From positions 32,001 through 96,000 of the forward strand of contig OY969696.1 in assembly GCA_963702005.1 (NCBI GenBank): a stretch of 64,000 bases of DNA, read 5' to 3'. The translations under genes and the position numbers were made by a program. The notes under the pieces were generated by a model, which did no database searches, was not told where the DNA came from, and saw only the letters and a list, made by a program, of their open reading frames with translations. This document shows, in pieces, positions 29,292 to 38,615 of the stretch (within the stretch, counting starts at the first letter, position 1; each line of letters begins with the position of its first letter). The DNA comes from Candidatus Aminicenantes bacterium. GTDB taxonomy: Bacteria; Acidobacteriota; Aminicenantia; Aminicenantales; JAFGBC01.

Positions 29292-32200
29292 TTAGAACGT
29301 GAACCGGACGCCGACCCGAAGGACTCTCGGGTTGAGAATTTCGTTCAGGGAGTAGTTGTAGGGATAGGGGACGAAATAGTTCTGGCTGGAGTCGGGGTAG
29401 ATGTAGTACGTTCCGTAGAACTTCTGGTAGCGGCGGTTCACGATGGCGCTGTTGAGGAGGTTGAAGAGGTCGCCCATGATGTAGATCCGGCCGGTCTCGC
29501 CGAGCCTGATCATCTTCTCGATGCGGAGCGTGAAGTTGTAGAAGGTGGGCAGCCGATTGCTGCCGAACGGGTTCATCATCAGGCTCGCGCTGCGGCTTCT
29601 CGGGTTGGGCAGGCGGTAGTCGACCAGGGCGAAGTACTCGGTGATGACCCAGCCTTCTCTGGCCTGGAAGGTCATGGCGACGTCGACGTCGTAGGGGAGC
29701 TGGATGAGGCCGCCGATCTTGGCCATCCAGCGGGCGTAGGTGTACTGATTGATCTTGCCCGAGGCGCCGCCGATGTAGGCCGACTGGGGATAGCCGTCAT
29801 AGGCCCAAACGTTGGTCGGGTCAAGATAGCCGTTGCTGCCGAAGTGCTGGGCCTGCCTCTGCCAGGTGAAGTTGGCGTTAAGCATCCACTTGTTGGAGAG
29901 CCGCTTGTTGAGCAGGAGGTCGACGCCCCAATAATCCGTGTTGAAGTCGGGCCGCGACTGGATTTGGGTATAGGGCGAATAGGCGGAGCCCGCGACGGAC
30001 ATGTAATACCACTCGTGGTTCTTGGCGTCTTTCGTGTCGCCTATGCCGGGGATATCGTCGGGCGGCTTGCCGGCCGGGACGTACCAGTTCTTGTTCTGGA
30101 TTTCGCTGATGGTTGTCGCGTCGCCGAAGTACTTGAGGGTCCAGGAGTTCTTGTCGTACTTCCGGTAGGTTCCGACCAGGGACACGCTGAAGTCGGCCAG
30201 GATTTCGCGCTCCAGGGTCAGCATGACTTCGGAGGTCCGGGTCGAGCCGGAGCCCTTGGCCGTGCTCTGGTAGGGAGCGGTCAGCTTGGTGGGATTCTGA
30301 TAATCGTAGCCCCCCCAGTGCCAGCCGGCTTCTCGGTTCCAGTTGCCGGTGAAGTTCCCGGCGTCATCGTAGATCCGGTAGGGAGCCATCGTATCGACGT
30401 TGGTCCAGTACAGCTCCGTGAAATTCATCTTGCCGTCGTTGTTGGTGTCCCACCAGTAGGTGAAGAACCAGCCGTCGGCGCCGCCCGGCCGCCATCTGTC
30501 GGCCAGGCCGACGCCCATGAAGTCGCCGTACTGGGACAGGGACAGCTTGGCGATGGTCTTGCCGTCGCCGCTCACGTCCCAGGTCAGACCGAGGCGGGGC
30601 GACCAGACGGTCCAGTTGTAGGCGCTGCCGTCGAAGTACTTGGCTTCGGTCTTGGGAATGTCGATCCCGGGCATGGCCTGGTCGAGCTTGTCCATGGTCG
30701 CCGTGTCGGCCAGCTGCTGCCAGGCGCCGCCCTTATCGACCGCGTAGACCTTGAACGGATTGATCATGGGCTTCTGCATATCCCAGCGCAGGCCGAGCAG
30801 CAGGTTGAAGCGGCCGAAGCTGACCGTATCGCTCAAGTAGCCGGCCAAGGCGCCGACGTGGAGGTCGGAATAGTAGCCCCGGTAGAAGGTCACGTCATAG
30901 AAGTTGCTCATGGACGGGACGTCGGGAAGGCCGTCGCCGTCGAAATCGACCGTCGGGTAGTTGATGTTTCGGGTCAGGATGACGTTCCCGGACCAGACGG
31001 ACTCGGTGTAGGCGTTCCGGTCGGCGTACTCGAATCCGGCCTTAATGTCGTGGCTGGCCCCGAACAGGTTATCGTTGAAATAGTTGACCAGGGCGTTGTA
31101 CTGGTAGGCGGGCCGCTCGACGTAGTAACGCTGGGCCTGGGAGCCGTAGTAGCGCTGGGCGGTGGCGTCCCAGATCACGAGCTGGTCGAAGGCGAGGTCC
31201 GTCATCGGGGTCAGCGAGAACCCGGCGTCGGAGTAGGCGTACTTCAGGGAGACGAAGAAGTTGTCCCCGAACATGTGCTCGTCCTGGAGCTTGACGATGG
31301 GCGAGCCGAAGTGGAATCGGCCCTGTTGGTAGAGGCCTTCGGGGTTTTCGGCCGAGGTCGATCGGCCGAATTTCTTCTTGCCGCCGACGTGGATGAAGGC
31401 CTCGAACCGGTTCTCGGGAATGATCTGGAGGTTCAGCTTGGCGGCGTAGTTCTCGAGCAAGGTGTCGTCCTTGGTCGTATAGACGGTCGTGGTCTTGATG
31501 TCCTGAATCCCGTAGGAGCCCCAGAACCAGGCCTTGTCCTTGAGGAGCGGCAGGCCGATATTAAAGCCGTAATCCTTGTTGTTGTTGATCTTGTTGATGC
31601 CCAGGGCGCCTTCCTGCTTGAACTCGTCCTTGAAGTTGTCGGCCTGGAACTTGGAATCGACCATGTAGAAGCGGCCGCCGAAGGTGACCTTGTTGCCGCC
31701 GCGGCGTGTCACCATGTTGAGGGCGACGCCGCCCGTCTGGACGGTGACATCCGCGCCGCCGACCACGATATTCATCTCCTCGAAGGCGTCGAAGTCGTAG
31801 TAGCTGGGGGAGGCGCCGATGGCGGCCGGGTCGGTGATGACGATGCCGTCCATGGCCCAGACGTTGTTGTCGTAGGTGCTCGCGCCGCGGGCGACGTAGT
31901 TGGACTGCTGCCCGGACTCGGCGCCGCCGACGTTTTCACGGTCGACGATGACCGAGGGCGCCATCTGAAGGATGACCCAGGGGTCGCGGGCGGTCGGCAG
32001 CAACTGCAGGACTTCCTGGGTGACGTTGGCGCCGACGGCCGTCTTTTTGATGTCGACCATCGGGCTGACGGCCGTAACCGTGATCTGCTCCTCGAGAGCG
32101 CCCATCTCTAGGGCCAGGGTCAGGTTGGTGTTGCCGCCGACGACGATGATGATCTCTTCCTCGGTCCGGGTCTTGAATCCCGTCAGCTCGGCCTTCAGGG

Positions 32201-32423
32201 CGTAATCCTTGGCCGGGGGCAGGGACAGGAACCGGAAAATGCCTTCTGCTGAAGAAACCGTCGTCATCGGAGCCGTCAGGCTCCCGGTCAAGGTCACCGT
32301 GACGCCGGGAAGGGCGTTGCCTTCCGGGTCAACGACCTTGCCGTAGATGTTGCCGGTTCTCTGCTGGGCAAAAGCGGAGACGGCCAGTAACAGCACGCAC
32401 AGGGTGATTAATGTCTTTCTCAC
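29292..32423 (-). CDS. TonB-dependent receptor-like outer-membrane barrel (Oar-like) with N-terminal carboxypeptidase-regulatory-like domain
   Basis: Signal peptide; G.V.D..G.ALPGVTV; plug DG...D and GG..N.VT..G.N; WSPRLG..WD; terminal Phe. Confidence 0.9.
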   Translation of the reverse strand: MRKTLITLCVLLLAVSAFAQQRTGNIYGKVVDPEGNALPGVTVTLTGSLTAPMTTVSSAEGIFRFLSLPPAKDYALKAELTGFKTRTEEEIIIVVGGNTNLTLALEMGALEEQITVTAVSPMVDIKKTAVGANVTQEVLQLLPTARDPWVILQMAPSVIVDRENVGGAESGQQSNYVARGASTYDNNVWAMDGIVITDPAAIGASPSYYDFDAFEEMNIVVGGADVTVQTGGVALNMVTRRGGNKVTFGGRFYMVDSKFQADNFKDEFKQEGALGINKINNNKDYGFNIGLPLLKDKAWFWGSYGIQDIKTTTVYTTKDDTLLENYAAKLNLQIIPENRFEAFIHVGGKKKFGRSTSAENPEGLYQQGRFHFGSPIVKLQDEHMFGDNFFVSLKYAYSDAGFSLTPMTDLAFDQLVIWDATAQRYYGSQAQRYYVERPAYQYNALVNYFNDNLFGASHDIKAGFEYADRNAYTESVWSGNVILTRNINYPTVDFDGDGLPDVPSMSNFYDVTFYRGYYSDLHVGALAGYLSDTVSFGRFNLLLGLRWDMQKPMINPFKVYAVDKGGAWQQLADTATMDKLDQAMPGIDIPKTEAKYFDGSAYNWTVWSPRLGLTWDVSGDGKTIAKLSLSQYGDFMGVGLADRWRPGGADGWFFTYWWDTNNDGKMNFTELYWTNVDTMAPYRIYDDAGNFTGNWNREAGWHWGGYDYQNPTKLTAPYQSTAKGSGSTRTSEVMLTLEREILADFSVSLVGTYRKYDKNSWTLKYFGDATTISEIQNKNWYVPAGKPPDDIPGIGDTKDAKNHEWYYMSVAGSAYSPYTQIQSRPDFNTDYWGVDLLLNKRLSNKWMLNANFTWQRQAQHFGSNGYLDPTNVWAYDGYPQSAYIGGASGKINQYTYARWMAKIGGLIQLPYDVDVAMTFQAREGWVITEYFALVDYRLPNPRSRSASLMMNPFGSNRLPTFYNFTLRIEKMIRLGETGRIYIMGDLFNLLNSAIVNRRYQKFYGTYYIYPDSSQNYFVPYPYNYSLNEILNPRVLRVGVRFTF

Positions 32424-32457
32424 TCAATACCTCCTTTTTTAAACCCCTCCTCAAACG

Positions 32458-33387
32458 CTATTTCTTGAGATACTCCAGGAGCTGCTTGGCCAAGGGCGCT
32501 TTTTCGTGGTTGGGCGCCAGGGTCAGGAATTTCTCCAGGCTGGCCACGGCCTCGGGGACCTTATTTTGTCCGATATAGATCGTGCCGATTTGGTAATAGG
32601 CGTCCGCGTAATCGGGCTTGAGCTCGGTCGTCTTTAAAAAATGGGAGAGCGCTTCATCAGTCTGGCCGGTGTTGATCAGGCAAGCGCCCAAATTGAAATG
32701 GGCGTCGGGATCCTCGGGGCTGAGGGCGACCGCCTTCTCGTAGTAAGCCTTGGCCTCCTCGAACGAGCCGGCCTTCCCCAGGGCTTCCCCCAACTCCTTG
32801 TTGGAGCTGTAGCTTTCGGGGTTGAGCTCGACGGCCTTGCGGAACGACGCCAGCGCGTCGTCCATCTTCCCGAGCTTCTTATGGGCCAGGCCGAGGTTTA
32901 AGAAGTAGCCCCAATTGACGGCGCTGAGCTTGATGGCCTCCTGGAAGGTCGCGACCGCCTCATCGTATTTATTCTCTTCATAGAGCTTGTTCCCTTTGAG
33001 AAAGAGCCGGTCGGCGTCTGAAACGGCCTTCTCGAGAATCTCCGCCCCTTTTTCGAGCCTGACATCGAGTTTCGCGACGTCGGCGATCTGAACGTGAACC
33101 TCCGCGGACTTGGGCAGGAAGCCTTCTTTCTTGAAGCTGATCTGGTAGTATCCCGGCATCATCCCGATCTGGATGAACTTGCCCGCGGCGTCCGTCGTCA
33201 GCTCATAGTGCATGGACGTCGTCCTCTGGGACACGACCGTGACGGCGACCTTGGCCAGCGGCGTCCCGGCGCTGTCCGTGACAATGCCTTCGAGACGGCC
33301 CTGAAACTGCGGCCAGGCCGACCCGGGCCAAGCCAAAACGACGGCGACGACAAGGGCGAGGACGTATCCGGAGCATTTTATCTTCAT
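32458..33387 (-). CDS. Exported carboxypeptidase-regulatory-like domain + TPR protein
   Basis: Signal peptide after an AAGGAG RBS (alternative coupled start at 33411); multiple TPRs. Confidence 0.82.
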   Translation of the reverse strand: MKIKCSGYVLALVVAVVLAWPGSAWPQFQGRLEGIVTDSAGTPLAKVAVTVVSQRTTSMHYELTTDAAGKFIQIGMMPGYYQISFKKEGFLPKSAEVHVQIADVAKLDVRLEKGAEILEKAVSDADRLFLKGNKLYEENKYDEAVATFQEAIKLSAVNWGYFLNLGLAHKKLGKMDDALASFRKAVELNPESYSSNKELGEALGKAGSFEEAKAYYEKAVALSPEDPDAHFNLGACLINTGQTDEALSHFLKTTELKPDYADAYYQIGTIYIGQNKVPEAVASLEKFLTLAPNHEKAPLAKQLLEYLKK

Positions 33388-33407
33388 AGGAGTCTCCTTC
33401 CGTGTAT

Positions 33408-35447
33408 TCATGGTTCCTTCCGGGCCCGCGCCAGGAGCGCCCGAGCGGCCGGCTGGCCGGGGACAAGGCTCAGGGACTTCTCGAGGAGGGGGATCGCCTT
33501 TTCGGGCCGGCCCAGCTCGATCTGGCATTCGGCGGCCAGGTTCAGGACGCCGACCTCGGTCGCCCCTTCCATGAGCTTCTCCAGGTAGCCGAGCGCCGAG
33601 GCCCAGTCCTTGAGGCCGGCCAGGTCGAGGGCCATGACCTTGGCGGCTTCGCGGTCGCCGCGCGCCTCATAAAGGGGGTTCGCCGCCGCGAGCGAATCGC
33701 GGAAGCGGTTCAGGGCGAAAAGCGTCTTGGCGAACAGAAGCCTCGTCTCGGGACTGTCCTTGAGAGCGAGCGCCCGCTCGAGGAGAGGAGTCGCTTGGTC
33801 GTAGCGGCGCATCATGAAATGCTGGGTGGCTAAAACGGTCAGCCCGTCCGGGTCGGGGAAAGCGTCGCGGACCTTGGCCAAGGTCCAAGGGATGACGGCA
33901 ACCGGCTGGGCCAGAAGGATGAAAGGCGCCTTGGCGCCGAGGACGGTCCGGCCGCCCCCGTCCGAGACGGAGGCCCGGACTTCGTAGTAGCCGGGCTTGA
34001 GTCCGGCAAGATTGAAACGCGCCGTGCCCAGCCCGCCGTCGGGACCCAGCACGTCCTTAAGGACCTTCGGGTCGGCCGCCGCGGCGACTTGTCCATCGAG
34101 CGTATAGATCCCGAACCCGATCGTGTGTCCGGCCAGCCCCTCCAGGCCGACGCCTTGGAGGAAGCAGACCATGGTTTCCTGGGGGGTGAACTCGTCCCGG
34201 GCGCTGACGGCGAACTGAAGGCCGTTGAAGGCGAAAGGCTTGAGCCTGGTCCGTTCGGCGTCCGGGACCGGCTCCTGGCCGTGGCTGAGGAGGAGGTCGC
34301 CGAGCCGCGGACCGGGCCCGCCTGGAACGACGACCCTTGCCTCGACCGAGGTGAAGTCGCGGCCCGTTTTGTTCTTGAGGAGGAGGCTGATCTTGAAGGT
34401 CCCCTCGACGACCGGGAGGACGTCCTGGAAAGCGAAGCGGCGGCGCTCATGGCTCCGGTACTGCTCCTCGTTGAGGCGGAGCGGGATCTCTTCCTGGGCT
34501 TGGTAAACGAGGTTCCCGTCCGGGTCCTCGAGCCTCAGGAAAAGCTCGAACTGGGCCAGGTAAACGCCGCCGCGGAGTTCGAAGTTGATCCGCTCCGGCT
34601 CGAGCGTCCAGTGGAGATAAGCCTGGCCGTTCGTCCGGAACAGCCGGACCTTGAAGTCGCTCCCCAGGAAGCGGTCGGAATATTCGGTCTCGACGAAATC
34701 CTTGAAATCGAGGTAGGAGCGGGCGTAGGTGTCGGAAAATTTCTTGTCCTTGAGCTCCTTGATGCCGGCGATGACCGCTTCCGAGGACAGCGAGGACAAG
34801 CCGTAATTCTTCTCGCCCGCGATATAGCTCGTCGCGGCGCTCGAAAGTTCCGCCGAGACTTTCTTGATGATCGCGATGGCATTCGTTCGCTGAAGGGACT
34901 GGCCGTAGAGCGAGGGGACGACGAGCTTCTCGGGCCCCTCGACGCCGGGATAATAGAGCCGGTAATCCCCGATGCCCTCGGGCTGGTAGAAAATGAGGTA
35001 GAAGTAGTCCGGGAGCCCGTAGCGCTCCTCGCCTTTGTAAAACCAGAGCTCCAGGGGCCAGACCTCGGACTGGGTCGCGAAGCGCTGCCGCTCGAGGGGC
35101 GGGCCGAGCAGCAGGTAAAAATAGCCGCGCTCGGTCTGGTGGCCCTTCTTGTGGGAGCCGATCCCGAAGTTCCGGTCGGCGAAGTCGACCCGGACCATGT
35201 ATTCCTTGGTGAACTCGTTTTCGGGCGTGTCGGGAAAGGGATCGCGCTGTTTCCAGAAGAAACGTATGAACTTATCGCGGTCCGCGTCCGTCTTGAGCTG
35301 GAGGAAGATCTCCCGCTCGGTCGAAGTCAGGATGGGATCGACCATCGCGAGCCAATCCCTGTAAACCGTCGGCAGCTCGTCCTTGGCCGCCAGGCCGGAG
35401 AGAGCGGCCGCGAGGATAAGGACGATGACGGGAAGACGTCTTCTCAC
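33408..35447 (-). CDS. GWxTD-family protein with degenerate motif (GHQTERG) and C-terminal TPRs
   Basis: Signal peptide; FWKQRDPFPDTPENE; collinear with 25122..27206. Confidence 0.85.
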   Translation of the reverse strand: MRRRLPVIVLILAAALSGLAAKDELPTVYRDWLAMVDPILTSTEREIFLQLKTDADRDKFIRFFWKQRDPFPDTPENEFTKEYMVRVDFADRNFGIGSHKKGHQTERGYFYLLLGPPLERQRFATQSEVWPLELWFYKGEERYGLPDYFYLIFYQPEGIGDYRLYYPGVEGPEKLVVPSLYGQSLQRTNAIAIIKKVSAELSSAATSYIAGEKNYGLSSLSSEAVIAGIKELKDKKFSDTYARSYLDFKDFVETEYSDRFLGSDFKVRLFRTNGQAYLHWTLEPERINFELRGGVYLAQFELFLRLEDPDGNLVYQAQEEIPLRLNEEQYRSHERRRFAFQDVLPVVEGTFKISLLLKNKTGRDFTSVEARVVVPGGPGPRLGDLLLSHGQEPVPDAERTRLKPFAFNGLQFAVSARDEFTPQETMVCFLQGVGLEGLAGHTIGFGIYTLDGQVAAAADPKVLKDVLGPDGGLGTARFNLAGLKPGYYEVRASVSDGGGRTVLGAKAPFILLAQPVAVIPWTLAKVRDAFPDPDGLTVLATQHFMMRRYDQATPLLERALALKDSPETRLLFAKTLFALNRFRDSLAAANPLYEARGDREAAKVMALDLAGLKDWASALGYLEKLMEGATEVGVLNLAAECQIELGRPEKAIPLLEKSLSLVPGQPAARALLARARKEP

Positions 35448-35641
35448 TGCGAACTCCTCAATATCTACTAATTATCACAAGCGGCCTTTCGTTTCAACGA
35501 AAGGCGGAGTGGATTTGGCGTGGACGCCTTGAATTCAATTAAATGAATGGCTTTATACGATATTTTGAATTTTCGTCAATTTTATTTACAGCTTGACCAT
35601 ATAATTAATTTATTATTAATAATTTACAAATAGAGGCGGCT

Positions 35642-35657
35642 TGGCATAAAGATTGCT
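35642..35657 (+). promoter_or_regulatory. sigma54 (-24/-12) promoter of the second TonB-dependent receptor
   Basis: TGGCAT-AAAGA-TTGCT against consensus TGGCAC-N5-TTGCW; AT-rich IHF-like tract upstream. Confidence 0.7.
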
Positions 35658-35774
35658 ATAGTAAATCTTTGGAGAAATATCTTTAATGAGCAAGGAGGTG
35701 AGAATCCAGAGTAGCCAGGCTAAAGGTTGGAGAGACAGAAAGACAACCAATAAGAAGAAGAAAAGGAGGAAGAT

Positions 35775-38510
35775 TTGAAAGCGAAAGCATTGATCGGTAT
35801 CATCGCCCTGCTTCTCGTCCTTTCGCCCGTCGCCTTCGCCCAGTCCCGCGACACCGGCGCCATCACCGGCAAAGTCGCGGATGAGGAAGGCAACGCGCTG
35901 CCGGGCGTCAACGTAACGCTGACCAGCCCCAACCTGATGGGCGCGCGGGCGACCGTCAGCGACGCGACCGGGGTTTTCCGCTTCCCGGCCCTGCCCCCCG
36001 GCGAGTACGGCCTGAAGGCCGAGCTTCAGGGCTTCGGCACAACGGTCCGCGAGAACATCCGGGTGACGACGACGACGACCCTCAACGTCGACCTGACCAT
36101 GAAGCCCGCGGCCGTGGCCGAGGAAATCACGGTCGTGGCCCAGTCGCCCACGGTCGACGTCAAGTCGACCGAGACCGCTTCCGTGACCCTCAGCAACGAA
36201 ATCCTGAGGAACATCCCCTATAACCAGTTCACCTCCAATATCGTCAACCTCGCCCCCGGCGTCACGGAAAACGTCGCCTATGGCGCCTCCGAGAGCACGG
36301 GGATCGCCTACACGATGGACGGCGTCAACGTCGCCGACCCCGAAGCCGGATCGGCCTGGGTCTTCATGGACCACAACTCCATCGAAGAGGCCAAGGTCAT
36401 GGGAATCGGCCTCCCGGCCGAATACGGGAACTTCACGGGCGTCATCTTCAACCTGGTCACGAAGTCCGGCGGAAACGAGTTCTCCGGGCACTTCGAGTTC
36501 GACTTCCAGGGAAAAAAGACGGACAACCCCAAGGGCCTCTGGCAGACCGACAACAACCAAGCTTATCTCCATGACTTCCCCGATTTGACCTCCCCCCTGA
36601 GCAAGCTCCTTGATGTCGGCGCCCACCTGGGCGGCCCGATCATGAAGGACAAGCTCTGGTTCTACGTCGGCACCCAGTACTACAGGAGCCAGAACTATCC
36701 GGCCGGCTTCCCCGAGGCTGTCGACTACAAGCAGCCGCGCTTGTTCACCAAGATCACCTCCCAGCTCACGCCCTCGTTGAACCTCACCGTATCGCTCGAG
36801 ATCGACACCTACGTCGGGAAGAACCGCGGCGCGGATGCGACCGTATCGCCCGAGGCGACCGTAACCCAGGATTCGCCCGAGATCGTCGGCAACTTCAGCC
36901 TGACCAAGATCCTCAGCCCGAAGACTTTCTTCGACCTCAAGGGCGCCTTCTTCACCGGTTACTACTACCTCGACCCCGAAGTCGGCAGGAACATCTACTC
37001 CCACTTCAGCATTGACGAGAACAGGCTCCGCGACAGCTCCGGCTACTTCGGCTACTACGACCGGAGCCGCTTCCAGGTCAATGGGTCCATCTCCCATTAC
37101 ACCGAGAATTTCATCACGGGCGCCCACGACTTCAAGTTCGGCGTCGAGGCCGAGTACTCCAAGGTCCGGGACCGCTACGGCTACACGGGGAAGGGCGGAC
37201 CGCTGGGCAACGCCGTCAAGTACCAGGACTACTACGGCCAGCCCTACCTGGCCTACCAGTACGAAGGGTACGACACGAACACCCGCTACGCCCGCGTCGA
37301 GGCCTTCGCCCAGGACTCCTGGCAGGTCACGAGCCGGCTCAACATCAACGTCGGCTTCCGCTTCGGCCAGAACTGGGGCTTCATCAAGAATGTAGACGGG
37401 GCCAAGTATAAGACCTTCCGCATCGCGCCGCGGATCGGGCTCACCTTCGACCTCTTCGGCGACAAATCGACCATCCTCAAGGCCCATTACGGCCAGTTCA
37501 CCGAGGCCATGCTCTCTTCCTACCTCGACCGCCTCAACCCCGACTCGGCCTACAAGGACTACGTCGGCTACTACTGGACCGGAACCGGCTGGGAGGAGAT
37601 GTTCCGCACCGTCCATCAGTCCCTCTACAAGATGGACCCGGACATCAAGCACCCCTACATGGATCAGGTCACGGCCGGCTTCGAGCGTGAGCTCTTCCGA
37701 GACGCGTCCCTCGGCGTGACCTTCATCTACCGCAAGTGGAACAACATCATCGGCCCCGTCGACCGCGCCGCCCAGTACAACCTGGTCGACGTCTATTCGG
37801 CCGCCCTGAATAAAACCTTCCAGATCTACGAGCGGACCGAGGACACCGTCGACACCCACGACTACCTCCTGACCAACATCAAGAAGGGAGGCTATATCCT
37901 GGAAAACCCCTACCGGAAGTACACGGGGATCGAGGTCCTCTTCAACAAGCGGTTCTCGAACCGGTGGCAGCTGCTGGCCTCTTACGTCTACGGCCGGGCG
38001 ACCGGAACCACGGACAACGGGTTCGCCGACGACATCGGTTGGGGCGGCAACGTGTTCGACCCCAACTTCTGGATCAACTCCGACGGGAATTCGACCTTCG
38101 ACCCGACCCACATGCTCAAGCTCCAGGGGACCTACATCCTGCCCTTCGACATCAGCTTCAACGCCTACTTCCGGCTCATCACCGGCGAGGCCTGGACGAC
38201 CCGCGTCCGGACCCGCACCCTCAACCAGGGCCGTGTGACCTTCTTCGCCGAGAAACGGGGATCCAACCACTACCCGGCCGAGAAGATCCTCGATGTCCGC
38301 CTCGAGAAAATCTTCACCCTCGCCTCCAGGTATAAGCTGGGCCTGATGGTCGACGTCTTTAACGTCTTCAACACTGACACGATCAACTCCTGGGGTACGC
38401 GGATCGGCTACGACTGGAACCAGGGCGACTATCCCTCCACTAACGGGCACGAGCTCTACGGAATCGTCCAGCCGCGCCAGGCGAGAGTCGGCATCCGGGT
38501 CATCTTCTAA
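35775..38510 (+). CDS. TonB-dependent receptor-like outer-membrane barrel (Oar-like)
   Basis: TTG start after AGGAGG; signal peptide; PAEYG..TG...N.VTKSGGN; APRIG; terminal Phe. Confidence 0.9.
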   Translation: MKAKALIGIIALLLVLSPVAFAQSRDTGAITGKVADEEGNALPGVNVTLTSPNLMGARATVSDATGVFRFPALPPGEYGLKAELQGFGTTVRENIRVTTTTTLNVDLTMKPAAVAEEITVVAQSPTVDVKSTETASVTLSNEILRNIPYNQFTSNIVNLAPGVTENVAYGASESTGIAYTMDGVNVADPEAGSAWVFMDHNSIEEAKVMGIGLPAEYGNFTGVIFNLVTKSGGNEFSGHFEFDFQGKKTDNPKGLWQTDNNQAYLHDFPDLTSPLSKLLDVGAHLGGPIMKDKLWFYVGTQYYRSQNYPAGFPEAVDYKQPRLFTKITSQLTPSLNLTVSLEIDTYVGKNRGADATVSPEATVTQDSPEIVGNFSLTKILSPKTFFDLKGAFFTGYYYLDPEVGRNIYSHFSIDENRLRDSSGYFGYYDRSRFQVNGSISHYTENFITGAHDFKFGVEAEYSKVRDRYGYTGKGGPLGNAVKYQDYYGQPYLAYQYEGYDTNTRYARVEAFAQDSWQVTSRLNINVGFRFGQNWGFIKNVDGAKYKTFRIAPRIGLTFDLFGDKSTILKAHYGQFTEAMLSSYLDRLNPDSAYKDYVGYYWTGTGWEEMFRTVHQSLYKMDPDIKHPYMDQVTAGFERELFRDASLGVTFIYRKWNNIIGPVDRAAQYNLVDVYSAALNKTFQIYERTEDTVDTHDYLLTNIKKGGYILENPYRKYTGIEVLFNKRFSNRWQLLASYVYGRATGTTDNGFADDIGWGGNVFDPNFWINSDGNSTFDPTHMLKLQGTYILPFDISFNAYFRLITGEAWTTRVRTRTLNQGRVTFFAEKRGSNHYPAEKILDVRLEKIFTLASRYKLGLMVDVFNVFNTDTINSWGTRIGYDWNQGDYPSTNGHELYGIVQPRQARVGIRVIF

Positions 38511-38534
38511 AGTTCCAACTCGAGCTGAAGCTCA

Positions 38535-38584
38535 CCCCGTCCTCCGCCATCCCGTAAGGGATGGGAGAGGACGGGGCTTTTTTT
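38535..38584 (+). terminator. Rho-independent terminator
   Basis: CCCCGTCCTC..CCATCCC-GTAA-GGGATGG..GAGGACGGGG followed by a T-run. Confidence 0.8.
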
Positions 38585-38615
38585 CCCCCGACTTTTTGTT
38601 AAAATTAAGCACGTT

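Noticed and set aside
35448-35640. Possible cobalamin/TPP riboswitch or Fur box upstream of the receptors
   Set aside because: No conserved riboswitch cores or convincing Fur palindrome seen; only one hairpin and AT-rich DNA
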